From contig CBFHOE010000002.1 in NCBI GenBank assembly GCA_965657355.1, forward strand, positions 423,449 through 487,448: a DNA stretch of 64,000 bases, read 5' to 3'. Below the pieces are notes generated by a model. That model was given only the letters and a program-made list of their open reading frames with translations. It had not been told where the DNA came from and did not search any database. Positions 51,401 through 61,951 of the stretch are shown here, piece after piece. Position 1 is the stretch's first letter; every line of letters begins with the position of its first letter. Source of the stretch: Limisphaerales bacterium (GTDB lineage Bacteria; Verrucomicrobiota; Verrucomicrobiia; Limisphaerales; JAJOIW01). The translations under genes and the position numbers were made by a program.

Positions 51401-51546
51401 GCTTCAACAACAACCATTCCGCCTGATTCCTGAAAAACGACATACTCATCAACGATTGGTTTTGATAAATCTTCTGCAAAACTTTGATGAATATAAAATA
51501 AAATAAAGATAAAAATTATAAGAGGTTTGCTTTTTACAAGTATCAT
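48439..51546 (-). CDS. Secreted DUF5060/glycoside-hydrolase-like multidomain protein
   Basis: Signal peptide; VVVEAEHF CBM-like modules, NPFTDYR...VPGFFAADG, WNLGEEN, DEPG, WFNPRSG C-terminal domain. Confidence 0.75.
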   Translation of the reverse strand: MILVKSKPLIIFIFILFYIHQSFAEDLSKPIVDEYVVFQESGGMVVVEAEHFFKQEKTEKRAWYLTTKDMQSGLQPDADKNNVAGASGGAYMEILPDTRKNHSEKLIKGENFINEPGEMAVLSYKINFQTPGRYYVWARIFSTGTEDNGVHVGIDGKWPESGQRMQWTAKRHWAWGSKQRTEEVHVGVAGILFLNIDNPGEHVIQFSMREDGFEFDQFMMTTDKGFEMPSGPLQPSPLASGKTPKPFEFVKVSQLKSQSNPASTLKKATQISEMSINDFHDINGGYIDRNKWVAVDPNKDGSSISMGAWPFNPGVFNITLHFVGENDGQSKYTLINEGEVIGTCIAPLSSEIFEEGLKFSKTFKNIRIDAKSKIQVKAEIGSLDGSEFSRARWSKISVKPANDQKLMRLVESDFKNVKSSQNKKKISFVGKIFGSRGESGSGAISIHGEKRTWHKIVLDLKGPFAHEKDNKPNPFTDYRFDVTFKHEDGFSEFTVPGFFAADGSAGETSAESGNIWRAIIAPDLPGKWFYQTHFIQGKNAALTGVGDRVPQYDKRSGSFIVRKTNKSGRDLRGKGRLAYVGKNHLQYKESGEWFVKAGADAPETFLGYKDFDGTVANKTKVPLKTWKPHIKDWKKNDPTWKGSKGKGIIGAINYLSSTGCNVFSFLTYNAGGDGDNVWPFVERNDPLNYDCSKLDQWGIVFEHGTRKGMYLHFKMQETENDDLNRGGKTKANVPTALDGGDLGLERKLYCRELIARFSHNLAINWNLGEENTQTVDQQRAMARYIEDLDPYDHIIVVHTYPNQQDKVYAPLLGNGSVLSGASLQNSNIRDCHHQVVKWTSRSTKAGKPWVVGFDEPGTAGEGMPADPGYPGMPEGFNNPSVDDTRKFALWGTLMAGGSGVEYYFGYKLPQNDLLCEDWRSRDLSWKYCSIALEFFKSLPVGEMRNMDELVGNNKHDNSAYCFAKYNSIYLVYLPEGGKRTLDLTLAKGGFAMTWFNPRSGESQPAGFAINGGKTVDLEAPGSKNDWLAVIKRKRL

Positions 51547-51879
51547 AAATGCCAAGATTTTATTTGAGCCGAGACAATCGCATATTGAATTGGATGTAGA
51601 AACATACAATCTGACATGATCATATCAAGAAAATGTCAGAACTTAAAACTATCCATATTTAGAATTTCTAAAATACGACCGCGCATATTATCTTCACTTA
51701 AAAGACAAGATGACATTATACATGAACCTTTTTACGAGACTTTAAATTCAGACTAGACTAAAATGGGCCATCGAATGTTAGGCCTCGTAATGCACTGATA
51801 GGAGCCGATCCATACGTTAGGTCATAAAGGAATGTTTACTTCAAAATTGATATAAAAATCAGAAATAGGATTAGGTAAT

Positions 51880-53040
51880 TTGATCAAGAAATTTTTTTTA
51901 GGTGCGATAGCCGCGGGGTTTTTTATTTTAGCCTGGGTATTAATGATCACCGGGCCAAAAACCGAGCCCAAAAAAGCATCGCGTCCACTCCGAACCGTGA
52001 CGGTTGAGTCAGTTAAACCAGGTAATCATAAAATTGCAGTAACCGCTTACGGAACTGTCATTCCGGCGAAGAGGGTGAGCATCACCCCCCAAGTAACTGG
52101 ACCCATTGTTTCTCTACATCCATCACTGGTCCCTGGAGGGCGAGTAAAAAAAGGTGATATTCTTTTTACAATTGATAGAACCCTTGCCAATTTGGATCTT
52201 CTTGAAGCCGAGGCATCATTGAAACGAACTAAGGCCTTACTCGATGAGGCGAAGCGCCAATTATCAGAAGCTCGAGAGCTTTCAGAGACAAGGGTTATAG
52301 CGGATACTGAACTTGCCACGCTGGAATCAAATCATAAAATCCAAATTGCAGAACACCAAAGACTTGTTGCAAGTCGCGATAAAACCAATGAACTATTGCG
52401 ACGCCATGACGTCGTTGCCCCTTTCAATTCTTTTGTTCTAGATGTTGATGTAGCTATTGGCCAAAGGGTCAGCCCGCCAATTCAATCTGCCACCTTGATT
52501 AACACAGATATTTTTTGGGTAAAAGTTTCACTTCCGTTAGACCAGTTAAGATGGATTAAACTGCCGAATAAAGAAAGATTGGGAGCATCAGTGGATATTT
52601 TTGTGGATGAAGGAGCAAGAGGTTCAACAAAATACCAGGGCCATGTCATACAGCTACTAGGTGACGTGGAAGAAATGGGTAGAATGGCCAGACTTCTTGT
52701 AGAGATAAAAAATCCTCTTGGCAAAAAAAATAGCACATCGAAGACCCCGCTTCTAATCGGCAACTATGTACGAGTGGAGGTCAATGCCGGAACTTTCGAT
52801 AACGTCTTAGCAATAGATAGGAATTCCCTTCGTGAAGGTGACAAAATTTGGATCGTTGATGAAAATGATGAGCTTCATATCCGTGAAGCTCAAATTCGGT
52901 GGAAACAGGGTGAGACAATTTTAATCGAAAATATATTGAAACCCAGTGAGAGGCTCATAGTTAGTTCCCTACGGGTTGCTTTACCAGGCATGAAAGTCAA
53001 ACCAAGGATTCTTCCCCAATCAAAATCAAGCAGTGAGTGA
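51880..53040 (+). CDS. RND efflux membrane fusion protein
   Basis: N-terminal TM, AYGTVIPA, PQVTG, APFN, PLLIGNYVRV. Confidence 0.9.
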   Translation: MIKKFFLGAIAAGFFILAWVLMITGPKTEPKKASRPLRTVTVESVKPGNHKIAVTAYGTVIPAKRVSITPQVTGPIVSLHPSLVPGGRVKKGDILFTIDRTLANLDLLEAEASLKRTKALLDEAKRQLSEARELSETRVIADTELATLESNHKIQIAEHQRLVASRDKTNELLRRHDVVAPFNSFVLDVDVAIGQRVSPPIQSATLINTDIFWVKVSLPLDQLRWIKLPNKERLGASVDIFVDEGARGSTKYQGHVIQLLGDVEEMGRMARLLVEIKNPLGKKNSTSKTPLLIGNYVRVEVNAGTFDNVLAIDRNSLREGDKIWIVDENDELHIREAQIRWKQGETILIENILKPSERLIVSSLRVALPGMKVKPRILPQSKSSSE

Positions 53041-56000
53041 AAAAATGAAATCTGCCAATCCTTCTGCTCATTCCTCTAGTGGTATTTTGAGTTGGTTTGC
53101 GCAAAACCACGTGGCCGCAAATCTCATAATGTTGGCAGTGGTAGTCACTGGATTGCTTGTTGCTCGAAATATAAGACAGGAAATATACCCAACATTCACA
53201 TTAGATACAGTGGAAGTTAGTATCACTTATCGGAGCGCAAGCCCTGATGAAGTAGAGCATTCGATCATATTACCCATTGAGGCAGAGCTCCGGGGAATGG
53301 GTGTCATTAGAGAAGTCCGTTCAATAGCCCGAGAAGGCAGGGCTTCTATAGTGGCAGAGCTCGTTCCGGGGACAGACAAAAACCGAGGATTGCAAGAGGT
53401 TACGGCAGCAGTCCAGCGTATTAACTTATTTCCGGACGACGCTGAGCCACCTGTAATTTCATTGGACACAGGAGGCCGCAGGGGTGTCCTATACCTTTCC
53501 GTTTATGGAGAGCTAGATGAGCAGGAATTGGCAAAATTTGCGCGCCAATTGGAGCAAGGATTACTCGCAGAGCCCGGTGTTAGTTTTGTTGAATTTAGAG
53601 GTCTGCGAGCACCGGAAATTCAAATTGAAATACCACAGTCACGTCTAAGGTCTTTGGGGCTCCGACTAGAAGACGTTGCCAGGGCGGTGGAGGCCGCGGC
53701 TTTGGATGTTCCAGCTGGCTCTATCAAGACGAAAGGTGGAGACTTTCTTCTCAAGACCACCGAACGCAGAAATCTAGCCAAGGAATTTGGTGAGATTGCG
53801 ATATTAAGCAGCTTAGATGGAACAAAGGTTTTACTAAGCGACATAGCTGACATTTCAGACAACTTCGAAGAATCAGATAATGAATCCTATTTTAATGGAC
53901 TTCCGTCCCTTTCTATGTCGGTCTACAGTGGAGAAAATCAGTCTCCTATTACCGTCGCAAAGGTGGTTCAGAAATTTGTAGAGAGAGAAAAAGCAAACCT
54001 TCCATCCAGCGTAGGCGTAAGCATCAGGTTCAATCGTTCGGAAGCATACATCGAGAGAATCAATATGCTTCTCACTAATGGATCTTTAGGACTCATTTTG
54101 GTCTTAGTGGCTCTGGGGTTCTTCTTGGAACTGCGCGTTGCATTTTGGACGGCTGTAGGAATACCTGTTTCCATCATAGGATCTCTCATACTTCTTCCCT
54201 CTATGGATGCGAGTATTAATATGAACTCTCTTTTTGCATTTATTGTGACATTGGGCATCGTCGTCGATGACGCTGTTGTCGTGGGGGAAGAAATTTTCCA
54301 CCGAATATCTGAAGGTGCGGGAAGACTCGATGCCGCAGTTCAAGGAGTTAAGGCAATGGCCGTCCCGGTTGTGTTTGCCGTCTCAACAAACATTATTGCA
54401 TTCTTACCTCTGCTATTCGTGCCCGGCGAGACTGGAAGATTTTATTTTGTTATTCCCGCAGTAGTCATCGCTGTATTCACCGTATCCCTTATCGAATGTC
54501 TTTTCATTCTTCCTTCCCACTTGGCGCATAGCAGAGAAACAAATAAATCCTCTCTTTTTGAGAAACTCCAAAAAAGGCAAACAAACCTGCGAATCAGGAT
54601 TGATGAAAAGATAGACCGACATTACGGGCCATTTGTTAATTTTGTGGTCAGCCATAGATACTTCACCTGTATCATTTTTTTCGGCATTCTAGCCATTTCG
54701 GCTGGCTATTTTTTTAGTGGCCGGGTGGATTTCGTATTTCGCCCATCCATAGAATCGCCATTTATCCAAGCAGAATTTAAAATGCCTTCGGGCACGCCTG
54801 TTGAGCGCACAAGAGAAGTATCCAAATTAATCGAGGAAGCTGGGCGCCGAGCGCTTGAGCGAAATGGAGAGACGAACATATTGAAAGGGGTCATGGTGGG
54901 CATAGGATCTCAGAGATATAGTTCTGGGGATGCCGATGTTTCATTCAGCCTGGTTTCACAAAATCAAAGAAAGATTACAGCACAAGAGTTCTGTAATCTG
55001 TGGCGAGAGGAAATAGATGAAATACCGGATGTTGAATCTATTTTTTTCGACTATCTCTATGGCCCCGGGGGAGCTAATGAAATTGACATTCAAATCTCAC
55101 ATCCAGAGGTTTCTGTTTTAAGGCAGGCTGCGACCGATCTGGCTGGAGCTATCGCTGAATATCCGGGGGTGGCAGATGTAAACAAAGGGTTTGGAAGAGA
55201 AATGCCTCAATTTAATTTTGAAATAAAGCCAGAAGGTCGGAGTCTTGGAATCACAGCTAGAGAATTGGGCACTCAGATCAGACATGCCTTCTATGGAGCA
55301 GAAGCCATTCGGCAACCAAGAGAGCGAGAAGAACTCAGGGTAATGGTAAAACTTCCTGAGGAGGAGCGTGAAACTCTAGGCAGCCTTGAGGACTTAATAA
55401 TTAAAGTACCCGGTGGCGGTGAGATACCGCTCAGCCAAGCGGCTAAGATTATTCCAACGGAAGCGCCGACGAGAATTGAGAGGGTTGACGGCGCCCGGGT
55501 TTACAATGTAACAGCTAATGTGATCGCAGGAATCACTACTGGAAACAAAGTGCTAGCATCATTGAGTAAGGGAAAGATAGATGAAATTGTTTCTAAATAC
55601 CCTGGCCTTAGATATTCATTCGAAGGAGACCAGAGAGAACAACGAGAATCAATGAAGCGTATGTCTTGGGGACTCTTAGGGTCAGTTTTTGTTATTTATA
55701 CTATAATGGCTTCCCTATTGAGGAGCTACCTCCAAGCATTTATCGTTCTGATTGTTATTCCTTGGAGTCTGGCAGGAGCAATCGCTGGCCATGTAATCAT
55801 GGGAATGACAATGAGTGTTTTCAGTGTTTTCGGAATGATTGCCCTCTGCGGCATGGTCGTCAACGGAGCTTTTGTGCTCGCCATTACTCGCAATAGGTAT
55901 ATCGAGAGTGGTCATTCATCACATGAATCAATTGTTCTTGCTGCCCAAAGAAGATTTCGCCCAATCATTCTTACGGCATTAACGACTTTCCTTGGTTTAG

Positions 56001-56221
56001 GTCCGATGATTTTTGAATCAAGTTTCCAAGCTCAATATTTAATACCAATGGCTATCTCCCTAGGTGTTGGGACTTTGGTCTCAGCAGTGGTGATTCTCAC
56101 CTTTATTCCAGCACTCATGACCATCATCGAGGAATTAGGGCTTGAGCCATTGGAGGAGAGGCTTCAGTTAAGAGACTCAAAAACAAATAAGAAGGTCGAC
56201 CAAGCCGCATTGGTTTCCTAG
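53033..56221 (+). CDS. RND efflux permease (AcrB family)
   Basis: WFAQNHVAANL, LGIVVDDAVVVGE, RFRPIILTALTT. Confidence 0.93.
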   Translation: MSEKMKSANPSAHSSSGILSWFAQNHVAANLIMLAVVVTGLLVARNIRQEIYPTFTLDTVEVSITYRSASPDEVEHSIILPIEAELRGMGVIREVRSIAREGRASIVAELVPGTDKNRGLQEVTAAVQRINLFPDDAEPPVISLDTGGRRGVLYLSVYGELDEQELAKFARQLEQGLLAEPGVSFVEFRGLRAPEIQIEIPQSRLRSLGLRLEDVARAVEAAALDVPAGSIKTKGGDFLLKTTERRNLAKEFGEIAILSSLDGTKVLLSDIADISDNFEESDNESYFNGLPSLSMSVYSGENQSPITVAKVVQKFVEREKANLPSSVGVSIRFNRSEAYIERINMLLTNGSLGLILVLVALGFFLELRVAFWTAVGIPVSIIGSLILLPSMDASINMNSLFAFIVTLGIVVDDAVVVGEEIFHRISEGAGRLDAAVQGVKAMAVPVVFAVSTNIIAFLPLLFVPGETGRFYFVIPAVVIAVFTVSLIECLFILPSHLAHSRETNKSSLFEKLQKRQTNLRIRIDEKIDRHYGPFVNFVVSHRYFTCIIFFGILAISAGYFFSGRVDFVFRPSIESPFIQAEFKMPSGTPVERTREVSKLIEEAGRRALERNGETNILKGVMVGIGSQRYSSGDADVSFSLVSQNQRKITAQEFCNLWREEIDEIPDVESIFFDYLYGPGGANEIDIQISHPEVSVLRQAATDLAGAIAEYPGVADVNKGFGREMPQFNFEIKPEGRSLGITARELGTQIRHAFYGAEAIRQPREREELRVMVKLPEEERETLGSLEDLIIKVPGGGEIPLSQAAKIIPTEAPTRIERVDGARVYNVTANVIAGITTGNKVLASLSKGKIDEIVSKYPGLRYSFEGDQREQRESMKRMSWGLLGSVFVIYTIMASLLRSYLQAFIVLIVIPWSLAGAIAGHVIMGMTMSVFSVFGMIALCGMVVNGAFVLAITRNRYIESGHSSHESIVLAAQRRFRPIILTALTTFLGLGPMIFESSFQAQYLIPMAISLGVGTLVSAVVILTFIPALMTIIEELGLEPLEERLQLRDSKTNKKVDQAALVS

Positions 56222-56286
56222 ATCGATTTTTGAAATTTCGAATTTCATTAGAATTTATTCAAAGCTAGATTAGTATATTGATGGTT

Positions 56287-58650
56287 ATGAAAAAGTTCAT
56301 CTTTTGCCTTTTTCTTATAGTTCTTCTTCCGTGGGTAAGCTTTACAAATCCATTAGAAAGCGATGTCTTACCCTTTATCGAAGAGACCTGTATTGATTGC
56401 CATGATGAGGAAACTGAAACCAGACTTGATTTCACCAAAACGAGTTTGGATTTATCGGATAAACGCTCATTCCATACGTGGGTCAGTATTTTCGATAAAA
56501 TTGAATCCGGTGAAATGCCGCCAAGAAAAAAAAGACGTGCTGATTTTCAGAAAAAACAAAAAGCAATGGCGTTTCTTGGGAAAGAATTATCAGCGCATAA
56601 CATCGAGGCGCAAAAATTAATGGGGAGAACTCCATTGCGTCGACTCAACAGAACCGAATTCCAATACACTCTAAACGACATACTAGGGACCTCGGAAAAT
56701 CTACAAGCTCAGCTTCCTTTAGAAAGTGAATCAAACTTCGACACAATCAGTTCAATTCAAGACGTTTCACCAGCCCACATCTCACAATACCTTCAAGCAA
56801 TTGAAAGTGCTGTGGATGCATTATTTAGAAGATTAGAAAATCCAAAACCGAGAATTTTCACTGTAGATTACCCAAATTCAAATTACATGAAAGTGTGGTA
56901 TAATCGTAAATGGTTTGATGGCGGGGATAATACCCGCGGCATTGACAATGCTGTTGTAGGATTTAAAAGGACTGATTTCATTTGGAGAACGGATAGGAAT
57001 GGTTTCAAAGCCCCAATGTCAGGAAAGTATCGGTTAAAAGTTATAGCTCAAGCTTATCAAGCAAGGTCTCCGGTCACATTCCTCATATACAAGGCGTATG
57101 GATCAAACCAAGACACACCAATCTTCATAAAGGCCTTTGACATTAAGCCTAATGAACCGAGACCCATCGATGTTTTTTTTGACCTCAATAAAGATGATTA
57201 TCTCATTCCTGCCTTCTCAAATTTAAAACCGCAAGCGAATGGAAGAAGCCTATTTCAAGTCGGGGCTAAGAATTATACGGGTGAAGGTATTGCGTTAGGC
57301 GCAATGAAAATTTCAGGACCGCACAAAATCTCCAACAACTATGATATAAAGTTCAACGAAATTTTGAATCTCGGCAATAAGGACCAATCCTACGAGATTG
57401 CCAAGTCGCTTATAAATCAAATAGTGCCAATCGCTTGGAGAAGATCCGTTGAGAAGGGTGAACTAGAACCTTATTACGAATCAGTTTACAAAAATTTAAA
57501 GAGTGGATTAGACCTAAAAGAAGTCGTTACTTCCTTTCTCAAAGCAATCTTTACTTCCCCATCGTTTCTCTACTTAAATGAAAGTCCTGGCCCATTAAAT
57601 AACCACCAATTGGCAACCCGCCTTTCTTACTTTTTATGGAAAAGCTTACCTGACAGTCATTTATTACAACTAGGGGCGTCCAATGAATTGTCCGACCCGA
57701 AAACATTAAGAGAGCAAACCAATCGACTCATTGATGACCCTAAGTTTAATAGATTTATAGAAAGTTTTTCACATCAATGGCTTCTGTTGAAAGATATCGA
57801 TGCAACAAACCCAGACAAGATTCTTTATCCTGAATTTAATGACAGACTCAAAGCAGCGATGGTCTCCGAGTGTGAATTGTTTCTTAAAGAATTATTCCGT
57901 AGTAATCTCAGCACTTTAAATTTGATTGATTCCAATTTCACTTATTTAAACAAAGAACTGGCTTCACATTATAAAATCAAAAATGTGAACGGTCATGGGA
58001 TGCGAAAAGTTATTTTGGATAAAGATAGTTTACGGGGCGGGCTATTGGGCAAATCGGCGATACACAAGGTTACAGCCAATGGAACGACGACCTCCCCGGT
58101 TCGAAGAGGGAATTTCATTTTAACAAAGCTCTTCGGCACTCCCTCTCCCCCCCCACCCGCAAATGTTGGATCTATAGAGCCAGACATTCGGGGTGTATCT
58201 ACAATTCGGGAACTTTTGGAAATGCATAGAAAATCACCGGATTGTCAATCTTGCCATTCCAAAATTGACCCGCCTGGTTTTGCACTTGAATGTTTTGACC
58301 CAATAGGAGGTTTTCGAGAAAGATATAGAAAACTAAAACCTCAGCCGGCATCAATGAAGAACAGGTTTATAAAAGGACTCCGGGTAGATACTGCGGGAAA
58401 AACGTTTGATGAAATAGGTTTCAAAAATCTAAGAGGATACAAGAAAATTTTATTACAAAGGGAGAAGAAAGACCCGGTCGTCACCCGCAATGTAGTCAGC
58501 CAGCTTGTCACTTTTGCAACTGGGTCGAAAATCCAATTCGCTGACAGACAGGTTGTTAATGATATCGTAACCTATGCTGTGGAAAATAATCTTGGGATGC
58601 GGGAAATTATTCACCAAATCATTCAAAGCTCCTTATTCAGAAATAAATAA
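56287..58650 (+). CDS. DUF1592/DUF1588 planctomycete-type cytochrome c domain protein
   Basis: CIDCH and CQSCH heme motifs, LRRLNRTE, LATRLSYFLW, TSPVRRG, IDPPGFALE.FD.IG. Confidence 0.88.
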   Translation: MKKFIFCLFLIVLLPWVSFTNPLESDVLPFIEETCIDCHDEETETRLDFTKTSLDLSDKRSFHTWVSIFDKIESGEMPPRKKRRADFQKKQKAMAFLGKELSAHNIEAQKLMGRTPLRRLNRTEFQYTLNDILGTSENLQAQLPLESESNFDTISSIQDVSPAHISQYLQAIESAVDALFRRLENPKPRIFTVDYPNSNYMKVWYNRKWFDGGDNTRGIDNAVVGFKRTDFIWRTDRNGFKAPMSGKYRLKVIAQAYQARSPVTFLIYKAYGSNQDTPIFIKAFDIKPNEPRPIDVFFDLNKDDYLIPAFSNLKPQANGRSLFQVGAKNYTGEGIALGAMKISGPHKISNNYDIKFNEILNLGNKDQSYEIAKSLINQIVPIAWRRSVEKGELEPYYESVYKNLKSGLDLKEVVTSFLKAIFTSPSFLYLNESPGPLNNHQLATRLSYFLWKSLPDSHLLQLGASNELSDPKTLREQTNRLIDDPKFNRFIESFSHQWLLLKDIDATNPDKILYPEFNDRLKAAMVSECELFLKELFRSNLSTLNLIDSNFTYLNKELASHYKIKNVNGHGMRKVILDKDSLRGGLLGKSAIHKVTANGTTTSPVRRGNFILTKLFGTPSPPPPANVGSIEPDIRGVSTIRELLEMHRKSPDCQSCHSKIDPPGFALECFDPIGGFRERYRKLKPQPASMKNRFIKGLRVDTAGKTFDEIGFKNLRGYKKILLQREKKDPVVTRNVVSQLVTFATGSKIQFADRQVVNDIVTYAVENNLGMREIIHQIIQSSLFRNK

Positions 58651-59912
58651 TGAAATCCAAGGACATAAATAGAAGGGTATTTCTTAGGTCGACAGGTGTC
58701 GCATTATCACTTCCTTTTCTCGAATCATTCGGCCAACAATTTACCAGAAATCAAAAACAGCCTAAACGAGCGGTTTTTATTTGTACAAAATTGGGTCTAT
58801 TAAATTCATCACTTTTTCCGGACTCATCAGGCCCTCTCTCTGCATCAACTGACTACTTGAGTATTTTAAAGGATCACCTGCAAGATATCACATTATTCAG
58901 TGGGCTTAGCCATGAAAACCAATCAGGCCGCCTGTCCCATTCAAGTGAACTATCTTGGTTGACAGCCGCAGAACACCCGGGATTGGACGGGTTTAAAAAT
59001 TCGATTTCTGTCGACCAGGTCGCGTCGGAAAAGTTTGGATATGTCACAAGATTTCCATCACTTGTCATGAGCTCCGAAGGACATCAAAGCCAGTCCTTCA
59101 ATAGAAATGGAGTCATGATCCCCGCAGAACACAGCCCTTCAAATTTGTTTGCAAAACTTTTTTTGAATGGATCCAAAAAAGAAATAGATTTTCAAAGGCA
59201 ACAACTTGCACAAAATAAAAGTATTCTTGATGGATTAATCGAGCAAACAAAGCCACTTTTACAGAGAGTCAGTCAAATTGACAAAACGAGATTAGAGCAA
59301 TACCTGGAATCGATTAGACAAGCTGAAAAGAATATTTCTGAAGCCGAGCAGTGGCTCGACAAACCGAAACCAAATATAGACTTACCCCAGCCTAAAGACG
59401 TCTCTAACAAAGCCGACATTGTAGGACGAGTAAGGCTTATGTTTGGTTTGATACCTCTTATCTTACAGTCTGACTCCACAAGAATTATCAACATGGGAAT
59501 ACAGGTAGACCATGGAGTGTTAAATCTTCCCGGTGTCAACGAGGAGCACCATAGTTTGTCACATCACGGTAATGACCCTGACAAAATTGCAAAACTCAAG
59601 ATTGTTGAATCATCTTTATTGAGGTGCTTTGGTCGTTTGTTGAGAGATCTGAAATCTACAGATGAAGAGTCAGCAAATCTTCTAGATAACACCTCTCTCC
59701 TTTTTGGTAGTAATCTTGGAAATGCAAATAATCATGATTTCCGAAATTTACCCATCATGGTTGCTGGAGGTGGATTCCCTCATGGCAAATTTATTTCCTT
59801 CGATAAAAACAAAAACAAGCCACTTTCAAACCTTTTTCTATCAATTCTCAACCAATCAGGGGTCTATACAGACAAATTTGGACAGAGTACAAGCACGCTT
59901 AGCTGGAAATAA
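58650..59912 (+). CDS. DUF1552-domain protein
   Basis: Tat-like RRVFLR..GVALSLPFLES, ISVDQ, HHSLSHHG, LLDNT..LFGSNLGN.N.H...NLP. Confidence 0.88.
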   Translation: MKSKDINRRVFLRSTGVALSLPFLESFGQQFTRNQKQPKRAVFICTKLGLLNSSLFPDSSGPLSASTDYLSILKDHLQDITLFSGLSHENQSGRLSHSSELSWLTAAEHPGLDGFKNSISVDQVASEKFGYVTRFPSLVMSSEGHQSQSFNRNGVMIPAEHSPSNLFAKLFLNGSKKEIDFQRQQLAQNKSILDGLIEQTKPLLQRVSQIDKTRLEQYLESIRQAEKNISEAEQWLDKPKPNIDLPQPKDVSNKADIVGRVRLMFGLIPLILQSDSTRIINMGIQVDHGVLNLPGVNEEHHSLSHHGNDPDKIAKLKIVESSLLRCFGRLLRDLKSTDEESANLLDNTSLLFGSNLGNANNHDFRNLPIMVAGGGFPHGKFISFDKNKNKPLSNLFLSILNQSGVYTDKFGQSTSTLSWK

Positions 59913-59975
59913 AGAACGGCTTATACAGATATTATAAGCCGAACACAACCTTCTTTAATGAAGGAGAATTTTATT

Positions 59976-61556
59976 TTACCTGCTTAATTTTTTCTCCATC
60001 ATCTCCATTTTTTCTGCAGCTTCCTCTCTGGTTAATTTTCCGGCTTTCAGAGCTTCAGATAATTCCTTTTTATAGGCATTGAATCGCCTTTCTCTCATTT
60101 CCATTTTTTGTTTCTGCGCCTGTTCACCTAATTGAGCTCTAAGGTGGTCTAATTTTACCTTAGCATCATCTTCGGAGAGTTTTCCGGATTTGACCTGGGA
60201 TTCGAGTCTCTCTTTATAAGCAGAGTATCGCTTTTTCAAAGCATCATCATGCTTGTTTTTTTGACTATTTTTCTTTTCGGAATCTTTTAGATTTTGTCCT
60301 GCCACCTCAAATTCCTTACCGAATAATTTTTTCTTTAAAGCAGCTAATCTGGTGAATGCATCTCTTTTAGAAAGGTCTCCTGCTATGACCATATCCTTCA
60401 ATTTCTTTTCCGCCTGAACATACTTTTCTTTTCTTTCAGCTAACTCGAGATCTTTTTGTTTTTTACCATCTGAATATTTATCAGAAGATTCATGCAAAGC
60501 TTCCATCATGATTGCTGCTTGTTTGAGACTTATCTCTCCATTGGAAACTGCCTCTGCGAGCCTTTTTTCAACTGCTCCGAATTCCTGTGCTACAACCAAG
60601 CCCAACGGGAGAATAGCTAATGAGCCTGCAATCAATACTATTCTGCACCATGAGGAACAGTAGCCCTTTTTATCTTTGTTAATTATCATTTTTAATCTTC
60701 TTTCTAATAGGCCGCCAGAATTCATACCACTTGCCGCAACCGGTTGGCGGAGCCCCGGATGAACAAGAAATTCAATAGCCTTCAGCAAGGCATTCGCATA
60801 CGACTTTGGCTTGCCTTGGATGCGCTCTATCGCTAATTGATCACAACAAATTTCCTCGCAATTCCTCAATTGCCTCTGGGCCCACCAGATAAGTGGATTC
60901 CACCAAAAAATAATGCATACAATTAACTCTAACCACCTCACAAAATAATCTTTACGCTTAATGTGGGCTAACTCATGAGCAATCACAAAACTCAATTCTT
61001 TATGGGTAAGTTTCTTTACAATTGATTCTGGTAACACAACCATACGTTTCCCCCCAACCCACCAAACTAGTGGTGCAATATTCGCCGAAACAACTTTCAG
61101 CAATGGGGTTTTTTGAATCCCGAATAGAATGGAGATTTCCTCAAAATTCGAGAGTTTTTCAGAATCAAATGGTCGTTCGCTCTTCGATAAAACCCTATTG
61201 AATAGTGTGATTCGACGAAGAGATATAAATAAAGCTATTAAACTCCCAACAATCCAAAAGCACATCATATAATAGCCAAAAGAATGAGATTCTCTTCCAA
61301 ATTGTAAATTGCTGGTTGAACCTAATTCAGAAGTTTGGGTTAGTGACGCTATTTCCCCCAATCTATTTTCCTCAATGGGATAAATGAAAACAGGCAAATT
61401 CATCAAAGGAGGGATCGATAACTTTAAAATCACTAAAATCCATAAAACATGGGATACACTTGGATTTTTAGCCCACTTCATCGCAGCAATAGCGAGCAAA
61501 GCAAGGAGTAATGACAATAACAAATTATTAATTCCAAACTGCAATAGTATTTCCAT
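59976..61556 (-). CDS. M56-family (BlaR1/MecR1-like) membrane metallopeptidase with repetitive helical C-terminus
   Basis: HELAHIKRKD, FWWNPL.W, EEICCD, LERRLKMI. Confidence 0.9.
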   Translation of the reverse strand: MEILLQFGINNLLLSLLLALLAIAAMKWAKNPSVSHVLWILVILKLSIPPLMNLPVFIYPIEENRLGEIASLTQTSELGSTSNLQFGRESHSFGYYMMCFWIVGSLIALFISLRRITLFNRVLSKSERPFDSEKLSNFEEISILFGIQKTPLLKVVSANIAPLVWWVGGKRMVVLPESIVKKLTHKELSFVIAHELAHIKRKDYFVRWLELIVCIIFWWNPLIWWAQRQLRNCEEICCDQLAIERIQGKPKSYANALLKAIEFLVHPGLRQPVAASGMNSGGLLERRLKMIINKDKKGYCSSWCRIVLIAGSLAILPLGLVVAQEFGAVEKRLAEAVSNGEISLKQAAIMMEALHESSDKYSDGKKQKDLELAERKEKYVQAEKKLKDMVIAGDLSKRDAFTRLAALKKKLFGKEFEVAGQNLKDSEKKNSQKNKHDDALKKRYSAYKERLESQVKSGKLSEDDAKVKLDHLRAQLGEQAQKQKMEMRERRFNAYKKELSEALKAGKLTREEAAEKMEMMEKKLSR

Positions 61557-61561
61557 CCGGA

Positions 61562-61939
61562 CTACTCCTCATCTTTGTTTAAAGCCAAAATACGGCGTAG
61601 CCGCGCGATTTCCGATCGAGATATCTTTCTTTCCTCAATCATATGAGTGATCAATGGGGCAATAGACCCCGATGTCAGTTTGTCGGCAAGTGATTCCAAT
61701 TGCTCCGCTCCGTAGGCCTCTTTTGATATGAGTGGAGAGAAAAAATGAAGAGAGTGCGATTTGTCCCTCTTAACAAAACCTTTCGCCTCTAGCCTTTGCA
61801 GAAGCTTTTGAATTGTACCGTGCTGCGACTTAGTCGAATTTGGATACAAGCAGTCACGTAGCTCGGGCGCCGTTACCTTATCTCTCCGCCACAACTCTTC
61901 CATTAATGCCAATTCCGAATTACTTAATGTTGCCTTCAT
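61562..61939 (-). CDS. BlaI/MecI/CopY-family repressor
   Basis: LSNSELALMEELW, TIQKLLQRLEAKGFV, GS..PLI.H. Confidence 0.92.
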   Translation of the reverse strand: MKATLSNSELALMEELWRRDKVTAPELRDCLYPNSTKSQHGTIQKLLQRLEAKGFVKRDKSHSLHFFSPLISKEAYGAEQLESLADKLTSGSIAPLITHMIEERKISRSEIARLRRILALNKDEE

Positions 61940-61951
61940 ATGTCACCATTA

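Noticed and set aside
51660..51879. Possible relic of an outer-membrane factor C-terminus upstream of the second RND operon
   Set aside because: Only a few residues are vaguely similar; indistinguishable from chance.
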